A DNA stretch of 64,000 nt. Source: the human T2T-CHM13v2.0 reference genome, Homo sapiens. A model generated the notes under the pieces. It ran no database searches. It was not told the origin of the DNA and saw only the letters and a program-made list of their open reading frames with translations. Shown here piece after piece: positions 29,591-42,773 of this stretch. Both the position numbers and the translations under genes were made by a program. Each line of letters begins with the position of its first letter. Position 1 is the first letter of the stretch. The stretch lies in NCBI RefSeq assembly GCF_009914755.1, contig NC_060926.1. One strand, 5' to 3'.

Positions 29591-30588
29591 TAATGATTGA
29601 TAGAAACAGAGCCTAGCGTTTGTTAGCTGAAATATTAACAAATTACAACTCAGTTGGTTACTTTCAAGGATAATTCCGTTTTTCTCTTTTCTTTCTTCTT
29701 TTTCTCTTCCCCCACCATCCCCCGGAGAGGAGATGTGAGGGAGTCACATTTAGCCAAAATTATCTTTAAGAAAAGGAAGTATACTTGAATTTAGAAACTA
29801 GAGAAAGGAGAGGAACATTGGAGAAGGAAACAGGAGTTTAGAGAATGATACTCAGATAGAAAGAAAATAACATTGGAAACAAATTTTATGAAATTTAAAA
29901 CTTGATTAAGTATGAAAAATCTGTAAAATTGCTGGACAAAACACTACTGTACTTAAGCAGGAAAAAAGTCACAAGCTAATGTGTTGTTTTATTTGATTGA
30001 AAATTAAAGGACAATTTCATTTCTAATCCAAATCTAGAAAGTTATAGTCACTCCAACATTAAGTAAGTACTATATTAAAGCCATAGAAGTCCACAGTTTA
30101 CAAACATCTTTTCATGGATTAGTGAGGAGCTATTTGATCTACTCAGAGAAATTCTGTGTCTCAGATTTTCAACTTTAACAATGAAAGAATATCTGTCACC
30201 CATGATTTTTTATGTTGATAATTAATGGTGGAAAAAAGTAACTAATTTTCCTATCTGGTAGCAAACCAGGCACTTATGGAAGCATATTAGCTATATATAT
30301 CACACCAGTAGCAATGCACCAAATCGGACTTAAGTTTCCTGAAATAGTTGTTCCATCCCTGATCACCAACCCCCCAATATGTGAATTATTAATTTACTAG
30401 CAAGGAATAATCAAGTCAGAGCAGAACAACATAGGGAAATTCAGGAAAATAAGTTACTTGACTTGAGAAAGATTTTTTTATTTAACAAGGAGTAAGATTA
30501 ATATAGATTTTTCCCAAAAGGAAAAGTCGGTGATAGAGAAAGCTGGAAACTGATTGAGTCAGAAAAGGAAAATAGATAATAAAAGGTC

Positions 30589-31116
30589 CAGTAGTCCTCC
30601 CTCATCTGCTGCTTGGCTCTTTGCATTTTCAGTTACCTGTGGTCAAGCATGGTCAGAAAATATTAAATGGAAAATTCCAGAAATAAACCATTCTTAAGTT
30701 TTAAATTGCACACCATTCTGAGTAGTGTGATGAAATCTCCCACCAGCCTGCTCCATCCCGTCTAGGACTTGAATCACTCCTTTGTCCAACGTAGTCAAGC
30801 TGTATGCTACTCACCTGTTAGTCACTTAGTAGTCGTCTAAGTTATGCTATCAGTTGTCACCATATTGAAGTGCTTGTATTCAAGGAAACTTTATTTTACT
30901 TAATAATGTCCCAAAAGCACAAGAGTAGTGATGCTGGCATATTATTATAATTGTTCTATCTTGGATTGGTTGTTCCTAATTTCTTACTGTGCCTGATTTA
31001 AAAAATAAACTTCATCATAGGTATGTATGCATAGGAAAGCACTTAGTACATATAGGGTTCAGTACTTCCGTTGGTGGTCTTGAAATATATCCCTTGCAGA
31101 TAAGGGAGGACTACTG
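30589..31116. mobile_element. MER44-like (Tigger7-derived) MITE
   Basis: Terminal inverted repeats cagtagtcctcc / ggaggactactg. Confidence 0.9.
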
Positions 31117-31122
31117 TATGTA

Positions 31123-31454
31123 CAGTCGCATATCACTTAACAATGGAGACACATTCTGAGCAATGTGTCCTTAGGCAATTACTTCCTTATACAAACATCA
31201 CAGCGTGTACTTACACAAACCTAGATGGTACAGCCTACTATACTCCTAGGCTATATGGTATGGCCTATTGCTCCTAGGCTAGAAATCTGTATAGCATTTT
31301 ACTATATTGAATACTGTGGACAATTGTAACACAGTAGTAAGTATTTGTGTATCTAAACATAGAAAAGGTACAGTAAAAATATGGTATTATAATCTTATGG
31401 GACCATCATCTTATATTCAGTCCACTGTTGAACAAAACATCTTTGTAAAGCACC

Positions 31455-31460
<6 letters not shown>
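31123..31460. mobile_element. Tigger3a (MER7A)-like MITE
   Basis: gtgtacttacacaaacctagatggtacagcctac...ctaggctatatggtat...cttatgggacca. Confidence 0.9.

Positions 31461-31501
<41 letters not shown>
31459..31501. repeat. (TG)n microsatellite
   Basis: About 21 perfect units. Confidence 0.98.
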
Positions 31502-31503
<2 letters not shown>

Positions 31504-32053
31504 CACTTGAATCACTGGCATCAGCAAGAGTGAGTGAAAACACAGGATTATGTTGGAATCCATTTTGCAGCCTTAGCTACAGTGTCTCAATCTATTCTTT
31601 ACAACTATTTTCAACTATCTCTTTTATTCCTCATACACCAGCAATGGGATTTATTCAATGTCATTTCCAGAAGTAAAACCTCAAGAAACACTTTCAGAAA
31701 CAGTTTCTCAATTCCAGGATATTGATACTTTTAGCAGCCAAGAAAGAATTTCTGAAGTCATCTCAAAGACTGTTTCTAAAAATGGCAAGAGCCCAGTTTA
31801 AAAAAAAATTGTATACAGTACACACACATTTACATGAATGAAGAAAATTATTAAAATGGAGCATAGAGGCCAGAAAGCATCCAGGTTTTATTATTTATCT
31901 TTTAATGCACCTGGATTTTGTTTTAAGATCTTGATTCCATTTCAGTTGTTCCTGGAATAGTCATGCTACATTGAGATTCTTTTACAGATGGCAAGGTGTT
32001 TTCTAGAAAAACTGGAGTAAAGGTTTTCTTTGACAAAAATTTCACTATTTGTT

Positions 32054-32185
32054 TGGCCAGTGAAATCTGCTCCCTCCAAGGTTTGCATTTGCTCTTCAAG
32101 CCAAGCAGATGCCCACAACTTGCTTCCTGTATAGTCTACAGAACTGTGAGCCAATTAATTCTATTTTCTTTATAAAAAAAAAAAA
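32054..32185 (+). pseudogene. Short processed retrocopy: non-LTR segment + MST-type LTR 3' fragment + poly(A)
   Basis: MST-like aagccaagcagatgcc...gaactgtgagccaattaa...ttttctttata followed by A12; flanking direct repeat a(c/g)tatttgtt. Confidence 0.65.
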
Positions 32186-32511
32186 GTATTTGTTCCTAGG
32201 TTCTTAAAAATCCAGAGAGAAAAAGAAGCTCCTTGTAAGCCTATTTAGTTATACAGTTTACAAAGATTTGGGGGGTAGTACTTTTTCCAATTAGAAGAAT
32301 CAAATATATCACAAATGAGGCAATCTGCTTTTCATTGACTACATCCATGTATTATTGCCTTTATTCCCTTTTTTTCTAAAGAGAGACATGTATGATGTAC
32401 AGTTTAATCATCAAGACCATCATTATGGGCCGTAAGTATGGGCAAATCCAGAAAAATTTGTTAAAGTTGAAAATAAAACTCAGATCTGGGATCTTAACCA
32501 TTTTAAACCTT

Positions 32512-33005
32512 GAAATCTCATAAATTAAGCATCATTGAGCCTGGTCCCATCTTTCATAACAGCTCTCCAGAGAAACTCTAAAAGCCAGGACACTCTGAGA
32601 TGAGCTGTGGATGATTCAGTAGGTGGCACAATTTTCACTGAGTCAGTACTGAACTGATGCCCCAGCATGGTATGAAGGGGCACTGCACTGCTGGAGGTGT
32701 CGTCTAATGGATGAGGGTAAAACCAAGGTCTTGACCACCAGCAGTTATTAAAAATCCCATGGCACTTTTCAAAAGAGTAAAGATGATGTTAAACCCTGTG
32801 TCCTGGCTAATTTCCAAATTGGGCAATTATATTCTGCCTACTTAAAATTTCTCTGTAATTTTAGTTGGATAATATATTCTTCATCTTCTGCCCTATGCTT
32901 TTGCTGTTTCCAGCTTAGAGGTGGATGCATTTCTGTGTTGAGGGAAGTGATGCTTCTTTGAAAAATGTCTTGCAAGGTCTGGGATCAGGGGATGAAAGGT
33001 AAAAC
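32512..33005 (+). mobile_element. AmnSINE1 (Deu-domain SINE), near full length
   Basis: 5S-derived head remnant (atctca..taagca..gcctggt); core tgattcagtaggtggcac, tgagtcagtactgaac, atcccatggcacttttc, tgtcctggc, attctgcctac, agaggtggatgcatttc; L2-type tail ggatgaaagg. Confidence 0.9.
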
Positions 33006-34682
33006 ATCCATCTATCAAAACAGGTGCCATATTAGTTTGTTTCTCCTGTGATTAGGCTGACTGTAAGAAAATTGCCAAATAAGTGTCTTTAAAAATAGCC
33101 TCGTCAGGTAGTCAGAGGTGCTATGCTTGCAAAGGTTTCCAAGATGGATATTTTAATTCTATTACGTTGTGACTATGAAATAAGGCTTCTGTTGAAGTGA
33201 ATATATTATGTAAATATTAACAATCTAAGCATAAAATTATATACATTAAATAGGAATAATTTTCCAACATTTGCCTAGCAAGGCCTATCACATTCACTCT
33301 AAAACACTAGTCACTATATCATTTTAACTTATACTAGAATTTTTTCCAAATCAATAATTGTTAAGAGAGAAGATCACTGTTGGTGAATAAATGAAAAGCA
33401 TTTCTACAGAAATAAAAATAATAAAATAATTCTTGGTTACTATGCTCTGAATTTAGGGAAAGCCTCTAGAAAACAATGGGAAAAGACCAATAGTGGGGTG
33501 TGTAAGGCCAGACTCATAGTTAATGCTTCCTCACTATGCTTCCGATTTTACACAATACTCTGGGCTGAACCCTATAGAGACCAATGTGAAGAAGGAGTTT
33601 AGTATCGCAAATGGTGACAGCACTCAGAGACAGCACTAAATACTATGGTAAACAAACATGGAAACTCTGTTTGCATAAATGTCATGACTGCTGAATAAAT
33701 AAATCACTTGAAAAAGAAATACCATCTTAAGAATTTGGACTTGCCTTCAGCAGAAACTACTGTTTTTAGCTTTAGCTTTGACAACTACAACAGACTTTAC
33801 TGAGTAACAGTAAGAGTTCACTTTGTAATAGAAAAAGTAGTCACTCTGATCACTTTGTCTTTTTAGTATGCAGCCCAGAGGATTCAGAAAAAGATTACAT
33901 TTACCATAATTAACATATATGTAAATGGAGATCATGGCTATGAATGATAAATTTTCATAGCAATTTAAACCTTGTACAAATTAATCAACCATACAGACAC
34001 TTGATTAATGAAAAGCAGTGTCACTTTAAAATGCAACATGTTAATATATATTACTGTTATCACAGATCAAAGAATCTTTAAATGTAAACTAATTAGAGCA
34101 AAGTTCAATCCACTTTTTTTAATAAATGTAATTCTCATGTAATTATGATGGCTATTTTTAAAAATGTTATTCGGCTTCAAATATTTATTTACTAATTTTA
34201 GTGAAAAGTTGTGCAAATGAATTTTGGCTGTTTCAGCATAGTGATTGCATTCCCAAAATATAGAATTACAAGAATTACAGTATCTTCAAAGGATAAGATG
34301 AATGCACAAAGCAATTACAAATAAGATATAAAACATTTATTCACATGTCAGGTTAAATTTAGAAGTCTTTTCCTAGTTGCTCATTTTTATTCTCACTGAA
34401 AGAGTTATGTTAAATAGCTTAAATAAGTACTAAATGACTGATAGCTACCCAGTATAATGTTTGAGATAAGATTTATCATGCCACTTTTTACACTATCTGT
34501 TTTTTGCAAACAGAAGTAAGGCATAAATAAATCAAGAAAAATCATGAAACATTTTTCTTGATTTTTGAATAACATAAATTTAAAACTCTTTGGTAGACTT
34601 AAATTTATTAAGAATAATTTTTATTTTTATTATGAAAATTATTGTATAATTTCTAGAAAAAACTCTTCTTAGAAAAAATATA

Positions 34683-34973
34683 GGACCAGGTGCGTTGACT
34701 CACGTCTATAATCCCAGCACTTTAAGAGGCCGAGGCTGGAGGTTTGCTTAGCTCAGGAGTTGGAGACCAGCCTGCGCAACATGGTGAAATCTTACCTCTA
34801 CTAAAAATACAAAAGTTAGCTGGATGTGGTGGTGCGGTGCCTGTAGCCCCAGCTACTTAAGAGGCTGAGGTGGGAGAATCGCTTGAGCCGAGGAGATGGA
34901 GGTTGTAGTAAGTCAAGATCACACTACCTCACTCCAGCCCAGGTGACATAGTGAGACCCTGTCTCAAAAAAAA
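34683..34973 (+). mobile_element. Alu (AluJ)
   Basis: Diverged dimer; agtgagaccctgtctc. Confidence 0.95.
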
Positions 34974-35245
34974 AGAAAGAAAGAGATAAAGGAAAGAAAG
35001 GAAGAGAAGAAAGAAAATAAAGAAAGAAAAAGAAAGAAAGAGAAGGAAAGAAAGAAAGAGACAGAAGGAAAGAAAGAAAAAAAGACAAAGAAAGAAAGAA
35101 AGAAAGAGAAAAAGAAAAGAAAAGAAAAGAAAGAAAGGAAGGAGGGAGGGAGGGAAGGAGGGAAGGAGGGAAGGAAGGAGAGAGAGAAGGAGGGAGGGAA
35201 GGAGGAAGGGAGGGAGGGAGGGAAGGAAGGGACGGAGGGAGGATG
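34966..35245. repeat. Polypurine (GAAA)n/(GGAA)n/(GGGA)n tract
   Basis: About 280 bp, almost purely A/G. Confidence 0.98.
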
Positions 35246-36544
35246 GATTTACAGTTAATACACAGATATGTGTTCAAAATTTCAAGTCTGGAAATGTAGA
35301 GTTTATCTATAATACCCCTGTTTTTGCAAACAGAAGTAAGGCATAACAATACACATACTACCTTACAAAGTCAATGTAGATATGTTTCACAAAGGAAATC
35401 ACACAGTGAGTTGTTGATTTTCATCAATAAATCAGAAATCTAAGCTATTGCCAAATTTTCCCACTTAACTAGCATAGTATGTAATGCGTTGTTGATAAAG
35501 GGTTAATAAAAGTGCAAATTAAGAAAGCCTGCGCCTGTACTAGACAGCAAGATGAAATAAATGTGACACTGAGTTCTATACCAAACTCCTAGTATGGAAC
35601 TATACTCAATATGGCTAATAATTATTGAACTTTTTTTTATGTGCTATACACCATCTTAAGAACTTGGCATTTAAAAATATAATGTATATATTGATGAATT
35701 AATTCTTAAATCATTAAATCTCAACAACATTTCTATAAAGTAGACTTATTAGTTCCCCCATATAGTAAGTAGTAAAACTGGAACTTGGATCTTAGGCCTT
35801 CTTATTTCAAATATTGTGTTCTTAAATGCTATGCCATACTGCCTCCCCATGACTCTGTAACATTGTTCATCATCATCATTATACCTAGTTTCCTAAGCAG
35901 TCCCTTTAGAGCTACAATGCTGCTGATGTTGGTATAGGACCATTTTGAGAACCACTGCTAACACACTACAGATTCTGTAAATGGTTTAAATAGCACTGCA
36001 GAATTACAAACGAGGTTCACCTCAGTTAGTCTACTTGAATTATAAAACCTGCCTTGAATCTGCCTTGGTCTCTCCTGGAGTAGATATCAGAGGAAAACAA
36101 AGAAGTAGGTAAGATATTAGCAAATCTACTTATTAATTACATAAGCATTTACTAGTTGGCCAAGATCTGTGCAAACTGTTAGAGAAACAGTGAACAAGGT
36201 TACTATTTCCAAGGAGTGTAGTGAGGCAGGCAGGAAAGTAGATAACCAATAATAATACACTGTGATAAGCACTACCATAAGGATTAATTCATGACGCTAT
36301 GGGAATACATAAGAAGACCTTCAAGGACAAAGAAAAATTCGACTTATACTAAACTAAAGCGGTTGTGTCTAGTCTGTACATCTTGGACTGCTAGAAAAGT
36401 CTATGCTGCAATGGTACAATCATTAAAAGTCTGGGTTTAAGAAAAAAAAAGCCTTCAGGTAAGCCAAGAATTGCAAGGACCACAGACACTACTTAGTAAG
36501 AGATTATATAATCTTTTAATAAAGATTAAAAGGCTACTGATCAT

Positions 36545-37054
36545 TGTATTAATTAAGATAACAGAAGATCCCTAAATAAGGGTTGTTTAAACAAATTTAT
36601 TTCTCTCTCACTTTCATTAATTCAAGATAAAGAAAGTCCAGCGCAGCCACAGAAGCTCCATGAAGTCATAACAGATGCAAGTTTCTTTCTTCCAGCTCAA
36701 TTCTTCACCACCCCTACAACGTGGTCCTTATTCTCATGGTCCAAGCCAGTTATCAGAACTTAGCTTTCACATCCACCATGATCCAGGCAAGAGGGTGAAA
36801 AAAAAAGGGAAAATAACTCAACTCACTTTCTCCTTTTGTTTTTAAGGAGGCTCTCCTGATGCATCATTGAACACTTTCCCTTACAGCTCACAGGCCAAAA
36901 CTAAATCAAATGGCTATAAATTCTACTACAAGTGAGTCTGAGAAATGTCGTCATTTAAGTGGGTGACCAAAGTGCTCACCTAAAACATGGGATCTTGTTA
37001 ATATAGAAGAATGGAAAGTAGACCCTGGAAAAGAAAATTGTAGTCTCTGTCACA
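36545..37054 (-). mobile_element. MLT1J-like MaLR LTR
   Basis: tg...ca termini; gtgagtctgagaaatgt core; TSD atcat/gtcat. Confidence 0.8.
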
Positions 37055-37623
37055 GTCATGAATGAGTTCGCTTAGCTCACAGAAATGGTAATCAATTAAT
37101 AGAGAAAAATAATATTTTATATATTTCTTCCCTAACCTTCCCAAAGCTACTCATTTCCTTTGAACAGCTGGGAATCTTTGCTACATCATCTGTCTAGAAG
37201 GTAGGGCATAGATTCTCATTGCTTTCTGAACCTGAGCTATATTCAGTAAACATAAGATATCTTTTCATTGTAAATTAAAAATCTTGGAGATTTATGTGGG
37301 AAATAACATCTACTGAACATCCATAAGATTTTTTTTAACTAAATGCTTTTTATGACTCTTGACTCTCAAATTATTGAAATTGTAATAATAGTTACAAGTA
37401 TCAAAGATTTCATAATTAAATGCTTTTAACATTCATTTATCTTTTTGTTCATTCAACAAATACATACTAAGTGGCTGCCATGTGCCAGGCTCTGATCTAA
37501 GTGCTGGGGACACAAATGAGCAATACAGTTGAGGTATGTCATGGAGCAAATAGTCTAATGAGAGAAAATAGATAATAAACAAGTAAATACACATAAACAT
37601 AATTATATATACATATATAGTGC

Positions 37624-38394
37624 TGTAATGAGTTAATCTGTAAACTCCCAAAATTTACATGTGAAGCCCTAACCCCCAGTGTCTTAGAATGTGACCGCAT
37701 CTGGAGATATAACATTTAAAGAGATAATTAAGTTAAAATGAAGCAGTTAGGTGGTTCTAATCCAATCTGACAGGTGTCCTTATAAGAAGAGGAGATTAGA
37801 ACATCCAAGTGACACATGTGAAATATGTGCACTCAGGAATGACAATGTGAAGAGGCAGCAAAAGGGTGACCATCTGCAAGCCAAGGAGAGAGGCTCGGAG
37901 GGAACCAAATCCAGCACCTTGATCTTGGACTTTGTGCTTCCAGAATGGTGAGAAAATAAATGTCTGTTGCTTAAGCTACCTAGTCTGTTGTATTTTGTTA
38001 CGGCAGCCTTCTGTGGTTTGAAAATATATGTCCCTCTAAAATTCATGCTGAAACTTACTCTTTAATGCAATAGTATTAAGAAGTGGGGCCTCTAGAAGGT
38101 GAATGCAGAGCCCTCATGAATGGAATTAGTGCCCTTTTAAAAGGGCTTGAGAGAGTCCCTTTTGACCTTCCACCCTTCTGCCATATGAGTTCATAGCAAC
38201 AAGGCATCATCTATGAAGCAAAGAGTAAGCAAGGCTTCACCAACCCCAAATCTAGTATTGGTTTGATGCCTTTGGATTTCCTAGCCTCCAGAACTGTGAG
38301 AAATAAATTTCTATAATTTATAAATTACCCATTCTAAGGTATTTTGTTATAGCAGCAAGAGCAGACTGAGACACAGCCCTAGTAAACTAACATA
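37624..38394 (+). mobile_element. MLT1A0-like LTR (contains a nested MST LTR)
   Basis: gtccttataagaagaggagattag, catctgcaagccaaggagagagg; TSD agtgc/ggtgc. Confidence 0.9.
38009..38373 (+). mobile_element. MSTD-like LTR
   Basis: gcagagccctcatgaatggaattagtgccc; perfect TSD cagcc/cagcc. Confidence 0.9.
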
Positions 38395-38989
38395 GGTGCT
38401 AAACTGAAAATAAAATTGTAACTGGGAGACCACTTAGATTGGTAGTCAAAGAAGGCACATTTTGAGCTAAAACTTAAATGATGCAAAAGATTCAGCCATA
38501 TAAATATTTGGGATGAGTGTTCCTGGAATGGGAAACATCTAATGCAAGGCCCATTTTGTCATATAAGAAATAAGCAAAAACAAAACCAAACCTGGCACGT
38601 GATTATCTTCACCATCAAAATATCATTTACTCACAACTATCTATTCATGGTGCTATGGAAAGCTTGTGGATCATAAACATAAAGTGATATAGCAGGCTAT
38701 TGATAATTTCATAATAATTATCTCATTATGAATTACTTATTACACTGTGAATAAGATTGTCATTGACTATCCAGGGTCAAATGACTTTACATTTCAGTTA
38801 CGAATCTTTTTCCTTGTTCAATGTTTATCTTAACAGTTACAAATTTAAGAAATATGTTAGCCATTAACCAACTACTTATTTGCTCTTGAACTACTAGTAC
38901 ACAAACATTACACAATACATTTTGCATAGAGAAAGAAGAGTGAGAACGTGGCTCCCATTCAGGCTGTCTTTACTTATTTTTTAAAGAAT

Positions 38990-39170
38990 GAAGGGAGCAT
39001 TTATTGAATATTCCCAAAATAAGCCTGGGATATAATTATTACAATGCTCATTTTACAGAGAAGAAGTTTGAGGATCCTGGAGGTAAAGTCCCTTTCTCAA
39101 GGTCACGCAGTGAATGAGAGTACCCAGAAGCACAAGTCTGCCTCAAGTCAACGCCTGGGTTTCCTTCTTA
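38990..39170 (-). mobile_element. MIR
   Basis: cattttacagagaagaag...caaggtcacgcag. Confidence 0.7.
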
Positions 39171-39215
39171 GGAAAACTAAGGCGTCCTAGTTTGGACACC
39201 AGGCACAAGCTACAA

Positions 39216-39730
<515 letters not shown>

Positions 39731-39853
39731 TTTACCAAATAATCATTCATAACTAAGAACACAAGATATTAAGTGGCTTCGTGTTTTCTGAAAACTACAA
39801 GTGAAATGATTATTATTGTTCCTATATTTTTTTGCCAGGTATTATTAACTTAA

Positions 39854-40182
<329 letters not shown>

Positions 40183-41136
40183 ATATCATGATTTTTTTAA
40201 AAGGCTATTTGTTACGGGAAATCATCTCTCTTAGTTCCTGTTATGTTTTGTTGTTCTTGTTGCTACTGCAACCATTCAATTCCTGAAATTCCTTACAGAG
40301 ATATAAAATAGTAAGACAATGCTTTACACACCATTGGAATTGGCAACCCTCATATCATTTTATGGTGACAGACTTGAGCAAAGAAAGCCAGCTATAATTT
40401 ACTTGGTATTAATGTAAACAAACATGTAAAAGGAATAAAATCAGCCAAAGTTAAATGCATTTATTAACATAAGAGAAAGTTGCAAGAGCCAAATTCAGAG
40501 TACCTGAATATGCACAATTATTAATAAAATTTCTGGATGTGAAAAAAAAGTCCTATTTTAGATGACTTGGCTATAATTCTTCAACAGTTAAGAACAATTT
40601 TGTAAATATAACATATAGGCTAGAAATACATATGCACATTTTATGTATTTTAAATATTTTCATTATTTTACATATTTTTATATATTTTTCCTTATATTTC
40701 AAATGGAATATTTCTAAACTGTACCTCAAATCTTTGAAAAAATTAAAGTAACAACTCTAAGCAGCAACTGGCTCAATTTAAATCCTATTTGGTGGTGCCA
40801 GTATAGTTTTCTATATCACACAAAACGCCACCATAATTTGCATCCCATCAACTATTCCCTTAACTCTAAAGAACTATCATGCCACTCCTAGAGTAGGTCT
40901 CTGGGGTTGAAGCCTGTTCTATCACTCCTACGTTAGATCTATTTGGTAGTAAAATCAGGGTTACTAGCCTGGTGCCCCTTACCTGGGAAAAAAACTCTGT
41001 ATTAACCCTGTCTTCACTCTTCTCAGAAAACTGATAATAAATTTTGTCCTTTTGCTCTCTGCTCTTTTCAATTCCTGGCATTCCAGAAGTTGTTAGACTT
41101 GCCTTTCCAGCTTTTTCCTGGCAAGGCTAGAGCTGA

Positions 41137-41583
<447 letters not shown>

Positions 41584-41958
41584 TTCTGCATTATTTTTAA
41601 GTCTTCTCTTTTTCTCTTTACCTCTTTACCTGCCAACTGTTTCACCTATAAATAGGTTCTTTGACTCTTGATATGCTGTTATTATTACTTTATTTGTAGA
41701 ATGCTGTTCTAGGGTGTTGGTGTTCCCACACCTGTAACTCATATCAGAGTAGCTTTGCTGACCTAATCAATATTATGCTGCAAAGCATAACCCTTACAAA
41801 ATAACAGCAGTATCAGTGAATTAGAGAAGTTTTACAGAATCAAAACTGGATTATTTAATAATATTGTGCTGCTGGTAACCTTAGCATAAATTATTATTTT
41901 CTAACTCTGCTCAGTATCTACTCACAAGCATTAAATTCACTTTTAAAAACGCTAAAAA

Positions 41959-42292
<334 letters not shown>

Positions 42293-42502
42293 TTAATTAC
42301 AATATCTCTATGAGATCACAGTCATCTAGATGGACTGATTTATAGGTGAATTCCTATTTCATAGCTACTTGCTTATGGCATCTAGAAAATATGGCTATTT
42401 TACTGATGGAAATCAATAGCATCCATTGCATTGCTCAGCCACTTGAAGATCTGTCAGCTAGAGTTACTGTACTTTGTCTTACTAACTGTACCATAGTTAT
42501 AA

Positions 42503-42773
<271 letters not shown>

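Larger units (their letters stand above)
37430..38560 (-). mobile_element. L2 3' end split by nested MaLR LTRs
   Basis: ttcattcaacaaatac...atgtgccaggc...gtgctggggacaca; resumes at ~38400. Confidence 0.85.

Noticed and set aside
32512-32580. 5S rRNA gene or pseudogene
   Set aside because: The 5S similarity is weak and contiguous with the Deu core, so it is the AmnSINE1 head.
32512-33005. Naming this copy as a specific published AmnSINE1 enhancer, or naming the locus
   Set aside because: No recognisable flanking exon or gene in the window; mapping is needed.
34924-35349. 141-aa ORF
   Set aside because: Translation of the polypurine microsatellite and Alu tail.
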